A program made the translations under genes and the position numbers. From positions 682,001-746,000 of the forward strand of contig JAJCTO010000010.1 in assembly GCA_046563655.1 (NCBI GenBank): a DNA stretch of 64,000 nucleotides, in the 5' to 3' direction. This DNA is from Yuukianura sp. NJ FZ-2021 (taxonomy: Eukaryota). Positions 63,357 to 64,000 of the stretch are shown here, piece by piece. Position 1 is the stretch's first letter. Each line of letters starts with the position of its first letter. The notes beneath the pieces are model-generated. The model saw only the letters and a list, made by a program, of their open reading frames with translations. It made no database searches and was not told the DNA's origin.

Positions 63357-64000
63357 CCAATTGAACGTAAGTCAACTTCTGGAATCCAAGCATCCTACGG
63401 AGAAGATCCTTGGTGCTCTTGATGAGCCTCTCCCACCAACCGCCCCACCACGGTGAAGAAGGTGGGTTGAAGATCCATTTGATTTTCTGTTTCTGCGTCT
63501 TCTCTTGAACAAGGTCCGACGAAGTTCGTTCCGTTGTCAGAGTGGACGATTGATGGCCGTTGTTTCCTTTTGCAGAATCTGATAAATGAGAGAAGAAAGT
63601 CATCAGTTGACAATGATTCGGTCACCTCCAGATGAACACACCGACACACTGCACAAGTAAACATGACAATGTGTGCTTTCTTCCTGTTCTTCAGGGTTAA
63701 GGGGCCTGCCAGATCCACTCCAGTTACTTCAAAGGCACTGGCCTCCCTTACCCTCGGTTCCGGTAGAGCACTAGCCACAACTTCAACAGTCTTACCATCA
63801 AACCTCCTCTTACACACGATGCACTTGGTTATCACTTTCTTGATGGCTCTTCTGCCCTGGATGATCCAGTACTTTTCTCTTAACTTGGCCATCATTAGCT
63901 GTGCTCCTCCGCGTTCGTTGAAGATGTGAGTGTCTCGGATGATGAGATTGACAATGGGATGAGAATGTGGAAGTAAAATTGGTTTCCTAAAAGTGTCTGT
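63357..64000 (-). pseudogene. pol: Outer BEL integrase core, frameshifted
   Basis: ORFs 63395-63895 and 63298-63603 carry consecutive integrase motifs in different frames. Confidence 0.88.

Larger units (their letters stand above)
54292..64000 (-). mobile_element. Outer BEL/Pao retrotransposon (3' part; continues beyond the window; split by the inner BEL)
   Basis: 3' LTR 54292-54799 (TGTAGAATA...TATCCTACA) with PPT GGTGGGAG. Integrase halves 63357-64000 (GVDLAGP, HSDNGTNF, WWGGWWERL) and 55031-55714 (VNHRPL) join at QL|ET. Confidence 0.9.

Overview
Eukaryotic DNA, AT-rich with short GT-AG introns and invertebrate-like; no host genes are evident. The backbone is a tandem satellite of 322/323-bp monomers (roughly 80 copies, 1228-51420) interrupted by many transposons. 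(1) A 9-kb element (1675-10667) with ~190-bp TIRs starting AGTAGT and a GAGAC target duplication. Its ends are Maverick/Polinton-like, but I see no polymerase, integrase or capsid; it carries small orphan genes (three cleanly spliced, others decayed) and a nested TRIM. (2) Four Helentron/DINE-1-like non-autonomous elements. (3) A full-length Ty3/Gypsy element (23054-33832, minus strand) with two small membrane-protein ORFs before gag, a -1 frameshift signal and a Pro/Ser-rich ORF after pol. (4) A Spy-like element inserted at AAA|TTT with no TSD. (5) At the right end, a nest of Copia > BEL/Pao > tandem BEL/Pao. The many 76-77 aa ORFs in the track are artefacts of the satellite. All family calls come from structure and motifs read by eye; no database search was run.
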